From Thermoleophilaceae bacterium (GTDB lineage: Bacteria > Actinomycetota > Thermoleophilia > Solirubrobacterales > Thermoleophilaceae): DNA of 61,949 nucleotides. Position numbers and translations under genes: made by a program. This document shows positions 1 to 10,289 of this stretch, one piece after another (position 1 is the stretch's first letter; every line of letters starts with the position of its first letter). The DNA lies in the NCBI GenBank assembly GCA_036491015.1, contig DASXCV010000231.1:1-61949 (forward strand). The letters are read 5' to 3'. Below the pieces are notes generated by a model. The model did no database searches. It was not told where the DNA came from and worked only from the letters and a program-made list of their open reading frames with translations.

Positions 1-13
1 GACTAAGTGACCG

Positions 14-2029
14 ATGTGGGCTACCGTGGTCCGCGGACTCTGTTTTGCTTGTGAGGATTTGATCAACCCAGGGAGCCACCGGCGGGCGTTCGTGCGCACC
101 CCGGCCAAGCTGGTGCGTCCGGGCCTCGTGGCGCTGCTCGCCGCGGTCGGCGCGCTCGTGCTACCCGCGGCGGCCGGCGCGCAGGCCTCAGCGCGCTTCC
201 ACCCGTGCCCGGGGCGGCCGGACGTGCAGTGCGGCCGCGTGGTCGTGCCGTTCGACCAGACCGGCGTGGTGAAGGGCGCGCTCGCGCTCCACGTCGAGCG
301 CATGCACACGCAGGGCTCGGCCAAGGGCGCGATGATCGCGCTCGCGGGCGGACCCGGCCAGGCGGCCACGCCGTTCCTCGGTGACTTCCGCGTGACGCTC
401 GATCCCGCCCTTCACGGGCGCGACCTCGTGGTGTTCGACCAGCGCGGCACCGGCGACTCCAGCGAGCTGTTCTGTCCGGGGCTCGGGTCGCACAACCTCC
501 CGGACCTCGGGGTGGCGCGGTGCGCCGCGCGCCTCGGCGCGATCCGCAGCTTCTTCTCCACGTCCGAGTCCGTGTCGGACATCGAGGCGATACGGCAGGC
601 GATCGGCGTGGACAAGATCGACCTCTACGGCGTGTCGTACGGGACGAAGGTCGCGCTGGACTACGCGATCCGCTACCCGCAGCACGTCGACCGGCTGATC
701 CTCGACTCCGTGGTGATGCCCGGCCAGCTCGACCCGTGGGAGCTGAGCAGCTACCAGGCGGTGCCGCGGATCCTCGGGCAGCTGTGCGCGAAGAACGCCT
801 GCAAGGGGATCACGAACGACCCCTCGGGTGACCTCGGCAAGCTCGTCGCCGGGCTGTCCAATCGCCAGCCGCGCGGCTTCGTGGTGAACGGGCGCGGACA
901 GCGGCGCGCAGCCACGATCCGCCGCACCGCCCTCCTGAACGTGCTCTTCGAAGGCGACTTCGATCCGGTGCTGCGCGCCGACTTCCCTGCCGCGGTCAAG
1001 GCCGCGCTGCAGGGCGACGCCGCGCCGATGCTGCGCATGATGGCCGAGGTGAAGGGCTCGGAGGACCTCTCCGGAGCCGACAGCGAGGCGCTCTTCGCCG
1101 CGACCACCTGCGAGGACTCGTCGCTGCCGTGGGATCAGCTCGCGTCGCCCGCTCAGCGGGTGGCCCAGGCGCGGCACTCGTTCGACGGCATCTCGCCGTC
1201 GAGCTACGCGCCGTTCGATCCCGCCACGGTCTTCAAGTTCAGCCTGGCGCCGTTCTGCGCCACCTGGCCGGAGGCGGGGCCGAACCCGCCGGTGGAGGAG
1301 AACCCGCTGCCGAACGTGCCCACGCTGATCTACAGCGGCGACGACGACCTGCGCACACCGCAGGAGGACGCGGCCAAGCTGTCCACCGAGCTGCCGAACG
1401 CGCAGCTCGTGCGCGTGCCGGCCACCGGCCACTCGGTACTCGGCAGCGACCTCTCGAACTGCTCGTCGGGCGCGCTGCGGAACTTCTTCCACGGGGCGGC
1501 GCCGAGGGTCTGCAAGAACGACGGCGAGCTGCTGCCGCCGAGCCCCGTGCCGCCGACCTCGCTGTCGCAGCTGCCGCGCGTGAGCGGGCTGCCCGCGCGC
1601 ACCGGGCGGACGCTGCTCGCGGCCCGGCTCACACTTGCGGACATGTTCGAGCACGCGCTCGACGAGCTGGTGTTCTCGTCGAGCCTCACGCTGCCGCCGG
1701 TCGGCGGCCTGCGCGGCGGCTTCTTCGACGCCAGCTCGAGTGCGCTGAGGATCCATGCCTACTCGTGGGTGCCGGGCGTGACGCTCAGCGGCAAGGTGCC
1801 GCTGCGCGGGTCGATCAAGATCAAGATCGGCGGCCGCGACGCGGCGCGCGGCACGCTGCGGATCTCCGCCCGCGGGACGCTGACGGGCAAGCTCGGAGGC
1901 CACAAGGTCTCGGGCCGCTTCGCGAGCGCCGCCCGGCTCGCCTCGGTCGCGAGCGAGGCCGGTCCCTCCTGGCAGGAGAGCCTCCGCCGCTTCGTGCCCT
2001 TCAGCACCGAGCTGCTGCCCGCCGGCTAG
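14..2029 (+). CDS. secreted alpha/beta hydrolase, tripeptidyl-aminopeptidase-like (peptidase S33 type)
   Basis: 671-aa ORF. Signal-like LVALLAAVGALVLPAAAGAQA, GGPGQ oxyanion region, nucleophile elbow GVSYGT, late TGHS. The true start may be the GTG at 92. Confidence 0.8.
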   Translation: MWATVVRGLCFACEDLINPGSHRRAFVRTPAKLVRPGLVALLAAVGALVLPAAAGAQASARFHPCPGRPDVQCGRVVVPFDQTGVVKGALALHVERMHTQGSAKGAMIALAGGPGQAATPFLGDFRVTLDPALHGRDLVVFDQRGTGDSSELFCPGLGSHNLPDLGVARCAARLGAIRSFFSTSESVSDIEAIRQAIGVDKIDLYGVSYGTKVALDYAIRYPQHVDRLILDSVVMPGQLDPWELSSYQAVPRILGQLCAKNACKGITNDPSGDLGKLVAGLSNRQPRGFVVNGRGQRRAATIRRTALLNVLFEGDFDPVLRADFPAAVKAALQGDAAPMLRMMAEVKGSEDLSGADSEALFAATTCEDSSLPWDQLASPAQRVAQARHSFDGISPSSYAPFDPATVFKFSLAPFCATWPEAGPNPPVEENPLPNVPTLIYSGDDDLRTPQEDAAKLSTELPNAQLVRVPATGHSVLGSDLSNCSSGALRNFFHGAAPRVCKNDGELLPPSPVPPTSLSQLPRVSGLPARTGRTLLAARLTLADMFEHALDELVFSSSLTLPPVGGLRGGFFDASSSALRIHAYSWVPGVTLSGKVPLRGSIKIKIGGRDAARGTLRISARGTLTGKLGGHKVSGRFASAARLASVASEAGPSWQESLRRFVPFSTELLPAG

Positions 2030-2082
2030 GCCATCCGTCCGCGCCGGTGGCGCGGAGGTGATTCTCGGGTTACCTTGAGCGG

Positions 2083-3072
2083 GTGACTCTTCCCGTCGAA
2101 GCATGGAAGCTCGAGGGCATCTCGCCGCGCGCCTACCAGCACCCGGCCGACCGGGCCGCGAGCGCGGCGCTCCAGAAGGTCCCGTATCTCGACGAGGTCG
2201 TGCGCAAACTGATCGCGCTCGGCTACGAGCGTGCGATGCGCGTGGCCACGCTGGGAGCGTCCGTGCGGCTCGGGCAGGAGCAGCTGCCCCACATCTGGGT
2301 GCAGCACCGCGAGTGCTTCCACGCCCTCGACATGACGCAGGTACCCGACCTCTACCTCACGCAGTACCCGCTTGCGAACGCCGCCACCATCGGCACGAGC
2401 AAGCCGGTGGTGGTGCTCAACTCGGAGCTGGTGCGCATCCTCGGCGACGACGGCCGGCGGGTGGTGCTCGCGCATGAGGCCGGCCATGTGCACTCGGATC
2501 ACGTGCTCTACCAGACGGCCCTGCTGATCCTGCTTCGCATCGGCAGCTCGGTGCGGCTGCCCGTGCTCGCGGGCCTGCCGCTGATGGCGATTCAGCTGGC
2601 CCTGCTCGAGTGGTTCCGCGGCGCCGAGCTGAGCTGCGACCGCGCGGCCGCGATCGTCACGCGCGATCCGCTCTCGGTGTGCCGCTCGCTGATGGTGGTG
2701 GCCGCCGGCGAGGCCGCCGACGACCTCAACCTCGACGCCTTCATCGCGCAGGCCGGCGACTACAGCGAGAGCGGCTCGGGACTCGAGCGCATCACGCGGC
2801 TGTTCCAGGACCTGCGCCTCACTCACCCGATGCCGGTCAGGCGGGTGAGCGAGCTGCTCACGTGGGTGCGCTCGGGCGACTACGACCGCATCGTCGGCGG
2901 CGACTACATGCGCCGCGGCGAGGAGCCGCCGCTGCGCACGGAGACCGACGCCGCGCAGGCGCACTACGGCGACCGCATCGCGGACGCCTTCGCACAGGCG
3001 GGCTCGTCGGTGACCGACGTGGGACAGCAGCTCGGCGACTGGCTCTCCCGCAGCAAAGACCGCGACGCCTGA
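2083..3072 (+). CDS. M48-family zinc metallopeptidase
   Basis: 329-aa ORF with HExxH motif (LAHEAGHVHSDH), followed by hydrophobic segments and a soluble C-terminus. Confidence 0.85.
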   Translation: MTLPVEAWKLEGISPRAYQHPADRAASAALQKVPYLDEVVRKLIALGYERAMRVATLGASVRLGQEQLPHIWVQHRECFHALDMTQVPDLYLTQYPLANAATIGTSKPVVVLNSELVRILGDDGRRVVLAHEAGHVHSDHVLYQTALLILLRIGSSVRLPVLAGLPLMAIQLALLEWFRGAELSCDRAAAIVTRDPLSVCRSLMVVAAGEAADDLNLDAFIAQAGDYSESGSGLERITRLFQDLRLTHPMPVRRVSELLTWVRSGDYDRIVGGDYMRRGEEPPLRTETDAAQAHYGDRIADAFAQAGSSVTDVGQQLGDWLSRSKDRDA

Positions 3073-3095
3073 AGCGACCGGTCAACGGTCAGCGG

Positions 3096-4310
3096 TCAAC
3101 GACGCGACCGCCAGGCGCTGGCCATCCCGATCCGATCCATGATCGTCGGGTGATTGCCCACGAGCGCCTGCCACCAGCCGGGTGGGTCTGGGTCGGCGAG
3201 GCTCGTGGTGGCCAGGCGATGGAAGAGCGCGGTGGCGCCGGCCGGATCGCGGGTGGCGCCCAGGGCGGTCCAGTCGGCCTCGGCCTCCATGCGGCTCGAG
3301 ACGGCGTTCTGGAGCGGTGAGATGGCGAGCTGGAGCACCACGAACACGAGCAGCGCCAGCGGCACCGCCCGCGGCGAGTAGAGCCCACCGCGGCCGCGCG
3401 TGGCGAGCGCGACCACGAACGCGATCGGCAGCAGGAACACCGCCTCCCAGCCGAGTCCCTTCCAGATGTGCTGGTGCTTCTGGTGGCCGAGCTCGTGGGC
3501 GAGTACCACCCGGATCTCCGAGCGGGTGAAGCGCCCGGGCTGGAGGAGCGTGTCCCAGAGGATCACCCGGCGCGTGGGCCCGAGCCCCACCGACTCCGCG
3601 TTCGGCGCTGTGGTGAGCCGGTGCACGTCCTGCACCTCAACGGGGATGTTCGGGACGCCCTCGACACGCTCGAGCCGGCGGGCGTCGGCACGCACCTGCG
3701 GATCGTGCAGGCGGTGCACGGCCGGGATCAGGAACGGGCTGATGAACGCGATCAGCACGCCCACCGCCACGATCGCCGGTGCGCCGGCCACCCACCAGCG
3801 GTTGCGCAGGAGCCCGGCGAAGCCCATGACGATCGCGATCACGAGGCAGACCGAGAGGAACGCGCCGCCGAGGCCGAGGAAGCTGTCGACGATCCAAGCG
3901 GCGTAGCCCTGATGCGAGATGTCGTGCCGGCGCTCCCACCACAGCTCCGCCACGCCAAACGGAAGCTGCGCGAACCAGACCACGCCGAGGCCGAGCATCC
4001 CGAGCAGCAGCCCCGTGCCCACGCGGCCGGCGGCCGACTCGCGCGTGAGCCGCTCGCCGCGCAGCGCGTAGCCGACTAGCGCGGCTATCAGCGCGACCTG
4101 CGCGAGGAGGTAGTCGATCCGCTCGAAGCGCTCGAAGCTGCGGGCGCGGTGGAGCTGCGCGGGCGTGAAGTAGTGGGCCGGGTCGAGGTGGGGGAGGTGG
4201 AGGTTCGACGGGACCGAGGTGTGCAGCAACTGGATGATCGCGAACACCCAGGCGGCCGTGAGTGCGGCCAGGCCGAGCAGGGCTGCGCCCTGGCGCGGCC
4301 GGATGGTCAC
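3096..4310 (-). CDS. membrane M48 peptidase (Ste24/HtpX-like)
   Basis: 404 aa, multiple TM segments, HExxH (LAHELGHQKHQH). Its GTG start at 4310 overlaps the TGA of the upstream gene (GTGA). Confidence 0.85.
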   Translation of the reverse strand: MTIRPRQGAALLGLAALTAAWVFAIIQLLHTSVPSNLHLPHLDPAHYFTPAQLHRARSFERFERIDYLLAQVALIAALVGYALRGERLTRESAAGRVGTGLLLGMLGLGVVWFAQLPFGVAELWWERRHDISHQGYAAWIVDSFLGLGGAFLSVCLVIAIVMGFAGLLRNRWWVAGAPAIVAVGVLIAFISPFLIPAVHRLHDPQVRADARRLERVEGVPNIPVEVQDVHRLTTAPNAESVGLGPTRRVILWDTLLQPGRFTRSEIRVVLAHELGHQKHQHIWKGLGWEAVFLLPIAFVVALATRGRGGLYSPRAVPLALLVFVVLQLAISPLQNAVSSRMEAEADWTALGATRDPAGATALFHRLATTSLADPDPPGWWQALVGNHPTIMDRIGMASAWRSRR

Positions 4311-5560
4311 ACCGCGGGAGCGGGGGCAGCCGGCTCGAGCGCAGCCGGCTCAGCGGCCGGCGGGGCCGGGCTGGCGTGGGGATAGCGGTCGGTGAGCAGG
4401 TAGCCGTACGCGTACAGCTGCGCGCTGTAGCGGAGGGCGAACACCTGGGCCTGACGGAGGTTGCGCGGCATCCGCGCGGTGAACAGCGCGACGAACCAGC
4501 CGAGGAACGCCGCGACGAAGAGCGTGCCGCCGAGCGCACTCGAAACGAGCAGGGCGGGCACCGCCAGGAACACGCGGAACGCCGTCTTCCAGCGGTTCTG
4601 CGGCTGGCGCGGGTCGATCTGGACGTCCACCGGGTAGCTCCCCTCGGCACCGGCGAAGCCCGGGAACGGGTTGGCCGTGAGCCAGAGGAAGGCGCTCACG
4701 TGCGTGTAGTAGCGGACGTAGCGCGTCTGGAGATTGTGGACGCCCTCCGGGATCTGCCCCGTGAACAGCGCGGCGAACCAGCTGAAGATCCCGAGCAGGA
4801 GCGCAAGGATGCCCCAGAGCAAGAGCCACACGATGTGGGGGATCGCCAGCAGGATGCGGAAGAAGACGGTGAGGCGCGACCGGCGCATTTCCTCGTCGGC
4901 CGTCAGGCGCACGGGGTGGTATGGAGCGCTCGCGACGGTCGGCTCGACAAACGGGTCGGCATCCGGGTAGCGGTCGGTGACGAGCAGCGCGTACGCCTGC
5001 GTCTGCGCCCCGTAGCGCAGCGCGTAGAGGTTGAGGTCGCGCAGGCCCTCGGGCATGCGGCCCGTGAACAGGCACGCCCACCAGGCGAGGAAGGCGTTCG
5101 TCCACAGCGCCCCGCCGGTGAAGTAGTAGCCCGAGCGGCCGCCGCCCCCGACGAGCGTGCTGTCCATGAAGAACGCCGGGATGCCGAGCAGCACTCGGAA
5201 GCCCGTCTTCCAGCGGTTCTGCATCTGCGGCTCCTCCGGCATGTGGACATCGACCGGGTAGGAGCCGGGACGGCCCACGAAGTCCGGGAACTGGTTGCAG
5301 GTGAGCGACAGATAGGCGGTGAGGTGCGCCGAGTAGCGCACGAACGCCGTCAGGAAGTTGTGGCAGAAGAGCGGCGGGCGGGCGGTGAAGAGGGTGGCGA
5401 ACCAGTTGAAGATCGCCACGAAGAAGACGCCGACGGCCCAGATGCCGATCCAGATCAGATGCGGCAGGGCGAGCAGCAGCCGGAAGAACACAGTGAGTCT
5501 CGAACGTTCGAGACCCTCTTCGCTGGTCAGCCTGACTGGGTGTTCGTAAGTCGGGTCCAT
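4307..5560 (-). CDS. DUF4389-like membrane protein, internally duplicated
   Basis: 417 aa. Two clear copies of the module HPVRLT..RSRLTVFFR(L/I)LLA(L/I)PH(L/I)(I/V)W...NRWKT(G/A)FRV(L/F)L. High GC3. Confidence 0.75.
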   Translation of the reverse strand: MDPTYEHPVRLTSEEGLERSRLTVFFRLLLALPHLIWIGIWAVGVFFVAIFNWFATLFTARPPLFCHNFLTAFVRYSAHLTAYLSLTCNQFPDFVGRPGSYPVDVHMPEEPQMQNRWKTGFRVLLGIPAFFMDSTLVGGGGRSGYYFTGGALWTNAFLAWWACLFTGRMPEGLRDLNLYALRYGAQTQAYALLVTDRYPDADPFVEPTVASAPYHPVRLTADEEMRRSRLTVFFRILLAIPHIVWLLLWGILALLLGIFSWFAALFTGQIPEGVHNLQTRYVRYYTHVSAFLWLTANPFPGFAGAEGSYPVDVQIDPRQPQNRWKTAFRVFLAVPALLVSSALGGTLFVAAFLGWFVALFTARMPRNLRQAQVFALRYSAQLYAYGYLLTDRYPHASPAPPAAEPAALEPAAPAPAV

Positions 5561-5565
5561 GGGGC

Positions 5566-5841
5566 CTAGGCGCCGATCGAGAACATCGCGTCGAGGTCAT
5601 GCTGCGAGAAGACCTCGAACGCAACCATTGTGTATGTCTTCACGATTCCCGGCAAGCGGGCGAGCTTGCTGGTGATCACGTCGGCGAGCTGGTCCTGCTC
5701 GTCCACGCGGATCACGGCCACGAAATCCCACTCGCCCGTGACCGACCACGCCTCGCTCACGCCCTCCACCTCGGCGAGGCGGCTGCCGAGCACCTTGAGG
5801 GCATCACGGTCGGCACTGATCAGGACGACGGCGTGGGTCAC
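5566..5841 (-). CDS. stand-alone Lrp/AsnC ligand-binding (RAM) domain protein
   Basis: The last 91 aa of the 210-aa ORF (VTHAVVLISADRD...GIVKTYTMVAFEV) look like an AsnC-type effector domain. GTG start at 5841. The upstream part of the ORF is Arg/Pro-rich junk overlapping pdxH. Confidence 0.7.
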   Translation of the reverse strand: MTHAVVLISADRDALKVLGSRLAEVEGVSEAWSVTGEWDFVAVIRVDEQDQLADVITSKLARLPGIVKTYTMVAFEVFSQHDLDAMFSIGA

Positions 5842-5852
5842 GGCGGCGAATG

Positions 5853-6467
5853 CTACGGAGCGAGTCGGGCGATCGTCCAACCGGACCCGTCGCGGGTGTA
5901 CACGAGGCGGTCGTGGAGCCGGTCCTCGCGGTGCTGCCAGAACTCGTAGCGCTCCGGCCGCACGCGGATGCCGCCCCACTGCTCGGGCAGCGGCAGCTCG
6001 CCGTCCTCGTTGAGGGCCACCAGCTCGGCCACGAGGCGCTCGAGCTCGGCGCGGCTCTCCACCGGCTGGCTCTGAGGGGAGGCGAGCGCGCTCAGCTGGC
6101 TTCCGCGCGGGCGGCTGCGGATGTAGAGCGCCGACTCCTCTGCGCCGAGCCGCTCCGCCGGCCCCTCGATCCGCACCTGGCGGCCGAGCGTGTCCCAATG
6201 GAAGAGCAGCGCCGCCTGCGGGTTGGCGAGCAGCTCCCGGCCCTTGCGGCTCTCGTAGTTGGTGTAGAAGACGAAGCCGCGCTCGTCGAACTGCTTCATC
6301 AGCACCATGCGCACCGACGGCGCGCCGGTCGCGCCGGCGGTGGCGACGGCCACGGCCTCGGGCGCCCGCTCGCGGGAGCTGCCGGCGTCCTCGAACCAGG
6401 CGGCGAACTGGCGCAGCGGATCAGGGTCCGCGTCCTCCTCGCGGAGTGGGTGGGCGAAGGTCTCCAC
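5853..6467 (-). CDS. pdxH: pyridoxamine 5'-phosphate oxidase
   Basis: 204 aa. PdxH hallmarks: FAAWFEDA, VRMVLMKQFDERGFVFYTNYESRKGREL, LLFHW..RQVRIEG, EFWQHREDRLHDR, C-terminal ARLAP. Confidence 0.9.
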   Translation of the reverse strand: METFAHPLREEDADPDPLRQFAAWFEDAGSSRERAPEAVAVATAGATGAPSVRMVLMKQFDERGFVFYTNYESRKGRELLANPQAALLFHWDTLGRQVRIEGPAERLGAEESALYIRSRPRGSQLSALASPQSQPVESRAELERLVAELVALNEDGELPLPEQWGGIRVRPERYEFWQHREDRLHDRLVYTRDGSGWTIARLAP

Positions 6468-6477
6468 CGGCCGCAGG

Positions 6478-8022
6478 CTAACGCGTGTCCGCCGTGCGCA
6501 GTGCGCTGTGCGCGGTGCGCAGACCCCTGTCCTCGATCACGAAGTCGGCTACGCGCTCGCCGATCATGATCGAGGGGGCGTTGGTGTTGCCGGAGGTCAC
6601 GGCCGGCATGATCGACGCGTCCGCCACGCGCAGGCCTTCGACGCCATGCACGCGCAGCCGCTCGTCCACCACGGCAAGCTCGTCGCTGCCCATCTTGCAG
6701 GTGCCGACCTGGTGGTGATAGGTGATCGCGGTGCGGCGCACGTAGTCGCGCAGCTCGTCCTTCGTCCCCACGTCAGGGCCCGGGTAGCGCTCCGTGGTCT
6801 GCCACTCCTCGCGCAGGGCGGGGGCGCGGCCGATCTCCCGGCACAGCTCCACCGCCGCCTCGAGCGTGCGCAGGTCGGCCTCGGCGCTGAGGATGCGCGG
6901 GTCGATAACGAGCTCGTCCTGGAGGGTCGGGCCGCTGAGGCGGATGCTCCCGCGGCTCGCCGGGCGGATCATCCCGGCCTGGAAGGTGAAGCCGTTCTCG
7001 GGACCCTCCATCCACTCTTCGTACATCGGGAAGGCGAAGTGGATCGGCTGCATGTCGGGGCCCGGCAAACCGGGGCGGCTGCGCCACCAGAGGTGGGTCT
7101 GCGCGGGGGTGGCGCGCGGCGCGGGCGGGTCGATCGTGCGCTCGGCGCTGAAGATCACGGGGGAGAGCAGGTGGTCGTGCAGGTTCTCGCCGACCCCGGG
7201 CAGGTCCACGCGCGGCTCGACTCCCACCTCGCGCAGGTGCTCCTTCGGGCCGATTCCGGACAGCATCAGCACCTGAGGCGACTGGATCGCGCCCGCGGAC
7301 ACGATCACCTCGAGCCCGGCGTCCGCGCTGTGCAGCTCGCCGCCGGCCTCCCATTCGACGCCGCGGCAACGGTCGCCGTCGATCAGCAGCCGCCGCACCT
7401 GGGCTCCGGTTACGAGGGTGAACCCGTCCTGGCCGAGGATCTGCTCGAGGTAGGCGACGCCCGTGCTCTGGCGGCGGCCGTCGCTGATCGTGAGGTGCAT
7501 CTGCGAGATGCCGTCGAGCTCGCCGCCGTTGTAGTTCTCGTTGAAGGGAATGCCGGTCTGGGCGGCGGCCTCGACGATCGAACGGTGGATCGGCGCGAGC
7601 TCGTACTCGCTCAGCAGCTTGAGCGGTCCCGGGTGCTCCATCCGCTCGTACACGGGGCGGACGTCGTCCCAACGCCAGCCCGGGTTGCCGAGGTAGGCCC
7701 AGTGGTCGAAGTCGGCGGCGGCGCCGCGCACGTAGATGGCCGCGTTGAGGCAGCTCGAGCCGCCCACCACCTTGCCGCGCGGCCAGTGCAGGCGGCGGCT
7801 GGCGCCGTGCTCCTGGGGTGCGGTGAAGAACGCCCAGTCCTCGGTCGCGTTCCACAGCTCGTGAGCGCGGCCCACGTCGTCGATCGCGGGATTGTCCGCC
7901 GGGCCGCCCGCCTCGAGCAGCAGGACGGTGGCGCCGCTGTCGAACAGCCTGCGCGCGGCGGCGGCACCGGCGGAGCCGGCTCCCACCACGATTACGTCAG
8001 CGCTGTGCCCGGGCCTCGGCAT
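6478..8022 (-). CDS. GMC-family FAD oxidoreductase (choline-dehydrogenase-like)
   Basis: N-terminal Rossmann motif [21 protein letters not shown] signature region, C-terminal HQVGTCKMG. The ATG at 8022 is preferred over the GTG at 8070, which would overlap the divergent gene. Confidence 0.85.
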   Translation of the reverse strand: MPRPGHSADVIVVGAGSAGAAAARRLFDSGATVLLLEAGGPADNPAIDDVGRAHELWNATEDWAFFTAPQEHGASRRLHWPRGKVVGGSSCLNAAIYVRGAAADFDHWAYLGNPGWRWDDVRPVYERMEHPGPLKLLSEYELAPIHRSIVEAAAQTGIPFNENYNGGELDGISQMHLTISDGRRQSTGVAYLEQILGQDGFTLVTGAQVRRLLIDGDRCRGVEWEAGGELHSADAGLEVIVSAGAIQSPQVLMLSGIGPKEHLREVGVEPRVDLPGVGENLHDHLLSPVIFSAERTIDPPAPRATPAQTHLWWRSRPGLPGPDMQPIHFAFPMYEEWMEGPENGFTFQAGMIRPASRGSIRLSGPTLQDELVIDPRILSAEADLRTLEAAVELCREIGRAPALREEWQTTERYPGPDVGTKDELRDYVRRTAITYHHQVGTCKMGSDELAVVDERLRVHGVEGLRVADASIMPAVTSGNTNAPSIMIGERVADFVIEDRGLRTAHSALRTADTR

Positions 8023-8054
8023 GGCGTGGAAAAACCATATGGCATTTTCGTAGG

Positions 8055-8453
8055 ATGCCCGCGATGCCACTCCAACCTGGCCTGACGCGCGACGACGAGT
8101 TCACCGTGGAGGGCCGCCTGATCACCGACGTCGGCGGCACGCTTCGGGCGCCGGTGCTCTCCACGCCGGGGATGATCTCGATGATGGAGCGCAACTGCGC
8201 GATCCTCGCCCGCGACGAGCTGCCGGACGGCAAGGGCACAGTCGGCTTCGAGGTCTGCATCAAGCACGTGGGCGGAGCGCCCGAAGGCGCCGGCTGCACC
8301 GTCCACGCAAAGCTCACCGGGGTGATCGACGAGCGCAAGCTCCGATTCGAGGTGGAAGTGAGGGAGGGGGAGCGGGTGCTCGGCCTCGGGACGCATGAAC
8401 GGCGGGTCATTGACCTGGCCGAGCATGCGCAACGGGTAGGGAGTAGGGGGTAG
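8055..8453 (+). CDS. hotdog-fold thioesterase (FlK-like)
   Basis: 132 aa. GMISMMERNC ... GTHERRVIDL pattern typical of the small acyl-CoA thioesterase family. The start could be the ATG at 8064. Confidence 0.65.
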   Translation: MPAMPLQPGLTRDDEFTVEGRLITDVGGTLRAPVLSTPGMISMMERNCAILARDELPDGKGTVGFEVCIKHVGGAPEGAGCTVHAKLTGVIDERKLRFEVEVREGERVLGLGTHERRVIDLAEHAQRVGSRG

Positions 8454-8477
8454 GGAGCCCCCAGCTCCCCAACCGCG

Positions 8478-9254
8478 CTAGATGCTCCGCTGGTACGACT
8501 TGAACGCGTGCGTTGCGAACCACACGGCGACCGCCAGCAACGCCAGCAAGAACCCGGTACGCGATGCCACATAGCCCCAGTCCGTGTGCTTCAGCGCCGC
8601 CGAGCGCCCGCCCTCGACGGCCCAGTTGAGCGGGTTGTAGGCCGCGATGTGGCTGATCCAGCCCGGCACCAGGCTGAGCTGCATGAAGGCCCCGGACAGG
8701 AACGTGAGCGGCAGCAGCAGGAACTGCATGAGCGCGATCAGCGTCTCCTCCTTGCGCACGTACAGCGCCACACCGTAGGACCCCGCCGTGGTGGCCGCCG
8801 CGAGCAGCACCGCCAGGAAGACCATCACCACCACGCCGCCGATGCCGTTGCGGTAGTGCGCTCCGACGATCAGCGCGAGCAGGACGATGATGATCGACTG
8901 CACGATCACACCGATCGCGCCCTGCACCATGCGCCCGGCCACGAGCGCGACCCGGTGCACGGGCGTGGTGAGGAAGCGGTCGATCACGCCGCGGTTGAGG
9001 TCGTCGATCACCGGCATGCCGCCCCAGCCGGCGCCGAAGAACGCCGTCATGACGAGTACGCCGGGCGTGAGAAACTCGATGTACGAGCCGCCCTCGAAGC
9101 CCGGGATCTGCACCACGCGCTTGAACAGCGCGCCGTAGAGCAGGAGCCAGATGATCGGCTGAACGAGTGTGACCGCGATCCACGCCGGCTGGCGCCAGAG
9201 GGCGCGCAGGTGGCGCACGGTCATGTACCAGGAGTCTCGGACCGTGACCATCAT
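8478..9254 (-). CDS. ABC-2 type exporter permease (DrrB-like)
   Basis: 258 aa, six hydrophobic segments. Its start overlaps the stop of the ATPase gene at 9251-9254. Confidence 0.85.
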   Translation of the reverse strand: MMVTVRDSWYMTVRHLRALWRQPAWIAVTLVQPIIWLLLYGALFKRVVQIPGFEGGSYIEFLTPGVLVMTAFFGAGWGGMPVIDDLNRGVIDRFLTTPVHRVALVAGRMVQGAIGVIVQSIIIVLLALIVGAHYRNGIGGVVVMVFLAVLLAAATTAGSYGVALYVRKEETLIALMQFLLLPLTFLSGAFMQLSLVPGWISHIAAYNPLNWAVEGGRSAALKHTDWGYVASRTGFLLALLAVAVWFATHAFKSYQRSI

Positions 9255-10231
9255 CGCTTGACCTCGTCGGCCTCGGCCTCTGCGGTGTCGAACGAGCGGC
9301 CCGCGTAGCGCAGGTAGACGTCATCGAGCGAGGGCCGCGCCACGCTCACCGACGCCACCTCCACGCCGCGGGCCTCGAGCGCCTGCAGCACGACCGGGAC
9401 GGCCCGGGCGCCGTCGTCGGCGCGCGCGTGGAGCGTGCGGCCGTCCACGGACACCTCCCGGATGTCGGTGAGCGCCTCGAGCGCCGCGCCGACGTTGCCG
9501 TTGCCGGTGTCCACGCCGCCGAGCTCGACGCGGATAGCGTCGCCGCGCAGGTCGGCCTTCAGGGCCTCGGGCGTGCCCTCGGCCACCACCCGCCCGCGGT
9601 CCACGATCGCGAGCTGCGAGGCGAGGTTGTCGGCCTCCTCGAGGTAGTGCGTGGTCAGGAGGATCGTGAGTCCCTGCTCGGAGGTCAGGCGCGAGATCTC
9701 GCTCCACATGTCGGCGCGCACCTCCGGGTCGAGGCCGGTGGTGGGCTCGTCGAGGAAGAGCACGCTCGGGTTGTGGATCAGCGCCATCGCCACGTGCAGC
9801 CGGCGCTCCATCCCGCCGGAGTAGCCACGGGCGATGCGGTCGGCGGCGTCGGCCAGGCCGAAGCGCTCGAGCAGCTCGCCGGCGCGCGTCTCGAGCTCGC
9901 GGCCGCGCAGGCCGTAGACCTGGCCCTGGAGGCGAAGGTTCTCGCGGCCGGTGGCCTCGCGGTCGACGGTGGAGCCCTGCTGCACGGTGCCGATGCTGTG
10001 GCGCACCTTGTGGGGTTGCGAGCGGACGTCGAAGCCGGCGACGGTCGCGCTGCCGGAGTCGGCATGGGAGAGCGTGGTGAGGATCTTGACGGTCGTGGAC
10101 TTGCCGGCGCCGTTGGGGCCGAGCAGTCCGAATACGGTGCCCTCGACGACGCTGAAGCTGAGCTCGTCGAGGGCACGCACCTCGCCGTCGTATGTCTTCA
10201 CGAGGCCTTGTGCCTCGATTGCGTGGGTCAT
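9251..10231 (-). CDS. ABC transporter ATP-binding protein (DrrA-like)
   Basis: Walker A GPNGAGKST, signature YSGGMERR, Walker B LFLDEPTTGLD, C-terminal DrrA-type extension. Confidence 0.9.
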   Translation of the reverse strand: MTHAIEAQGLVKTYDGEVRALDELSFSVVEGTVFGLLGPNGAGKSTTVKILTTLSHADSGSATVAGFDVRSQPHKVRHSIGTVQQGSTVDREATGRENLRLQGQVYGLRGRELETRAGELLERFGLADAADRIARGYSGGMERRLHVAMALIHNPSVLFLDEPTTGLDPEVRADMWSEISRLTSEQGLTILLTTHYLEEADNLASQLAIVDRGRVVAEGTPEALKADLRGDAIRVELGGVDTGNGNVGAALEALTDIREVSVDGRTLHARADDGARAVPVVLQALEARGVEVASVSVARPSLDDVYLRYAGRSFDTAEAEADEVKR

Positions 10232-10289
10232 TTGCGAGTTACCTGAACCGGGGACGGGCCGACACCGAAAGGTACCGCCGCCAGAGGCG

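Noticed and set aside
188-2104. 638-aa ORF on the minus strand, antisense to the alpha/beta hydrolase gene
   Set aside because: Its composition is Arg/Ala/Gly/Pro-rich with no motifs. It is fully antisense to an ORF with clear catalytic motifs. This is the typical stop-codon-poor artefact of very GC-rich DNA.
6307-8085. 592-aa plus-strand ORF antisense to the GMC oxidoreductase gene
   Set aside because: Same reasoning: low-complexity Arg/Ala/Gly content and no recognisable domain. The opposite strand encodes a full GMC enzyme with a Rossmann motif.
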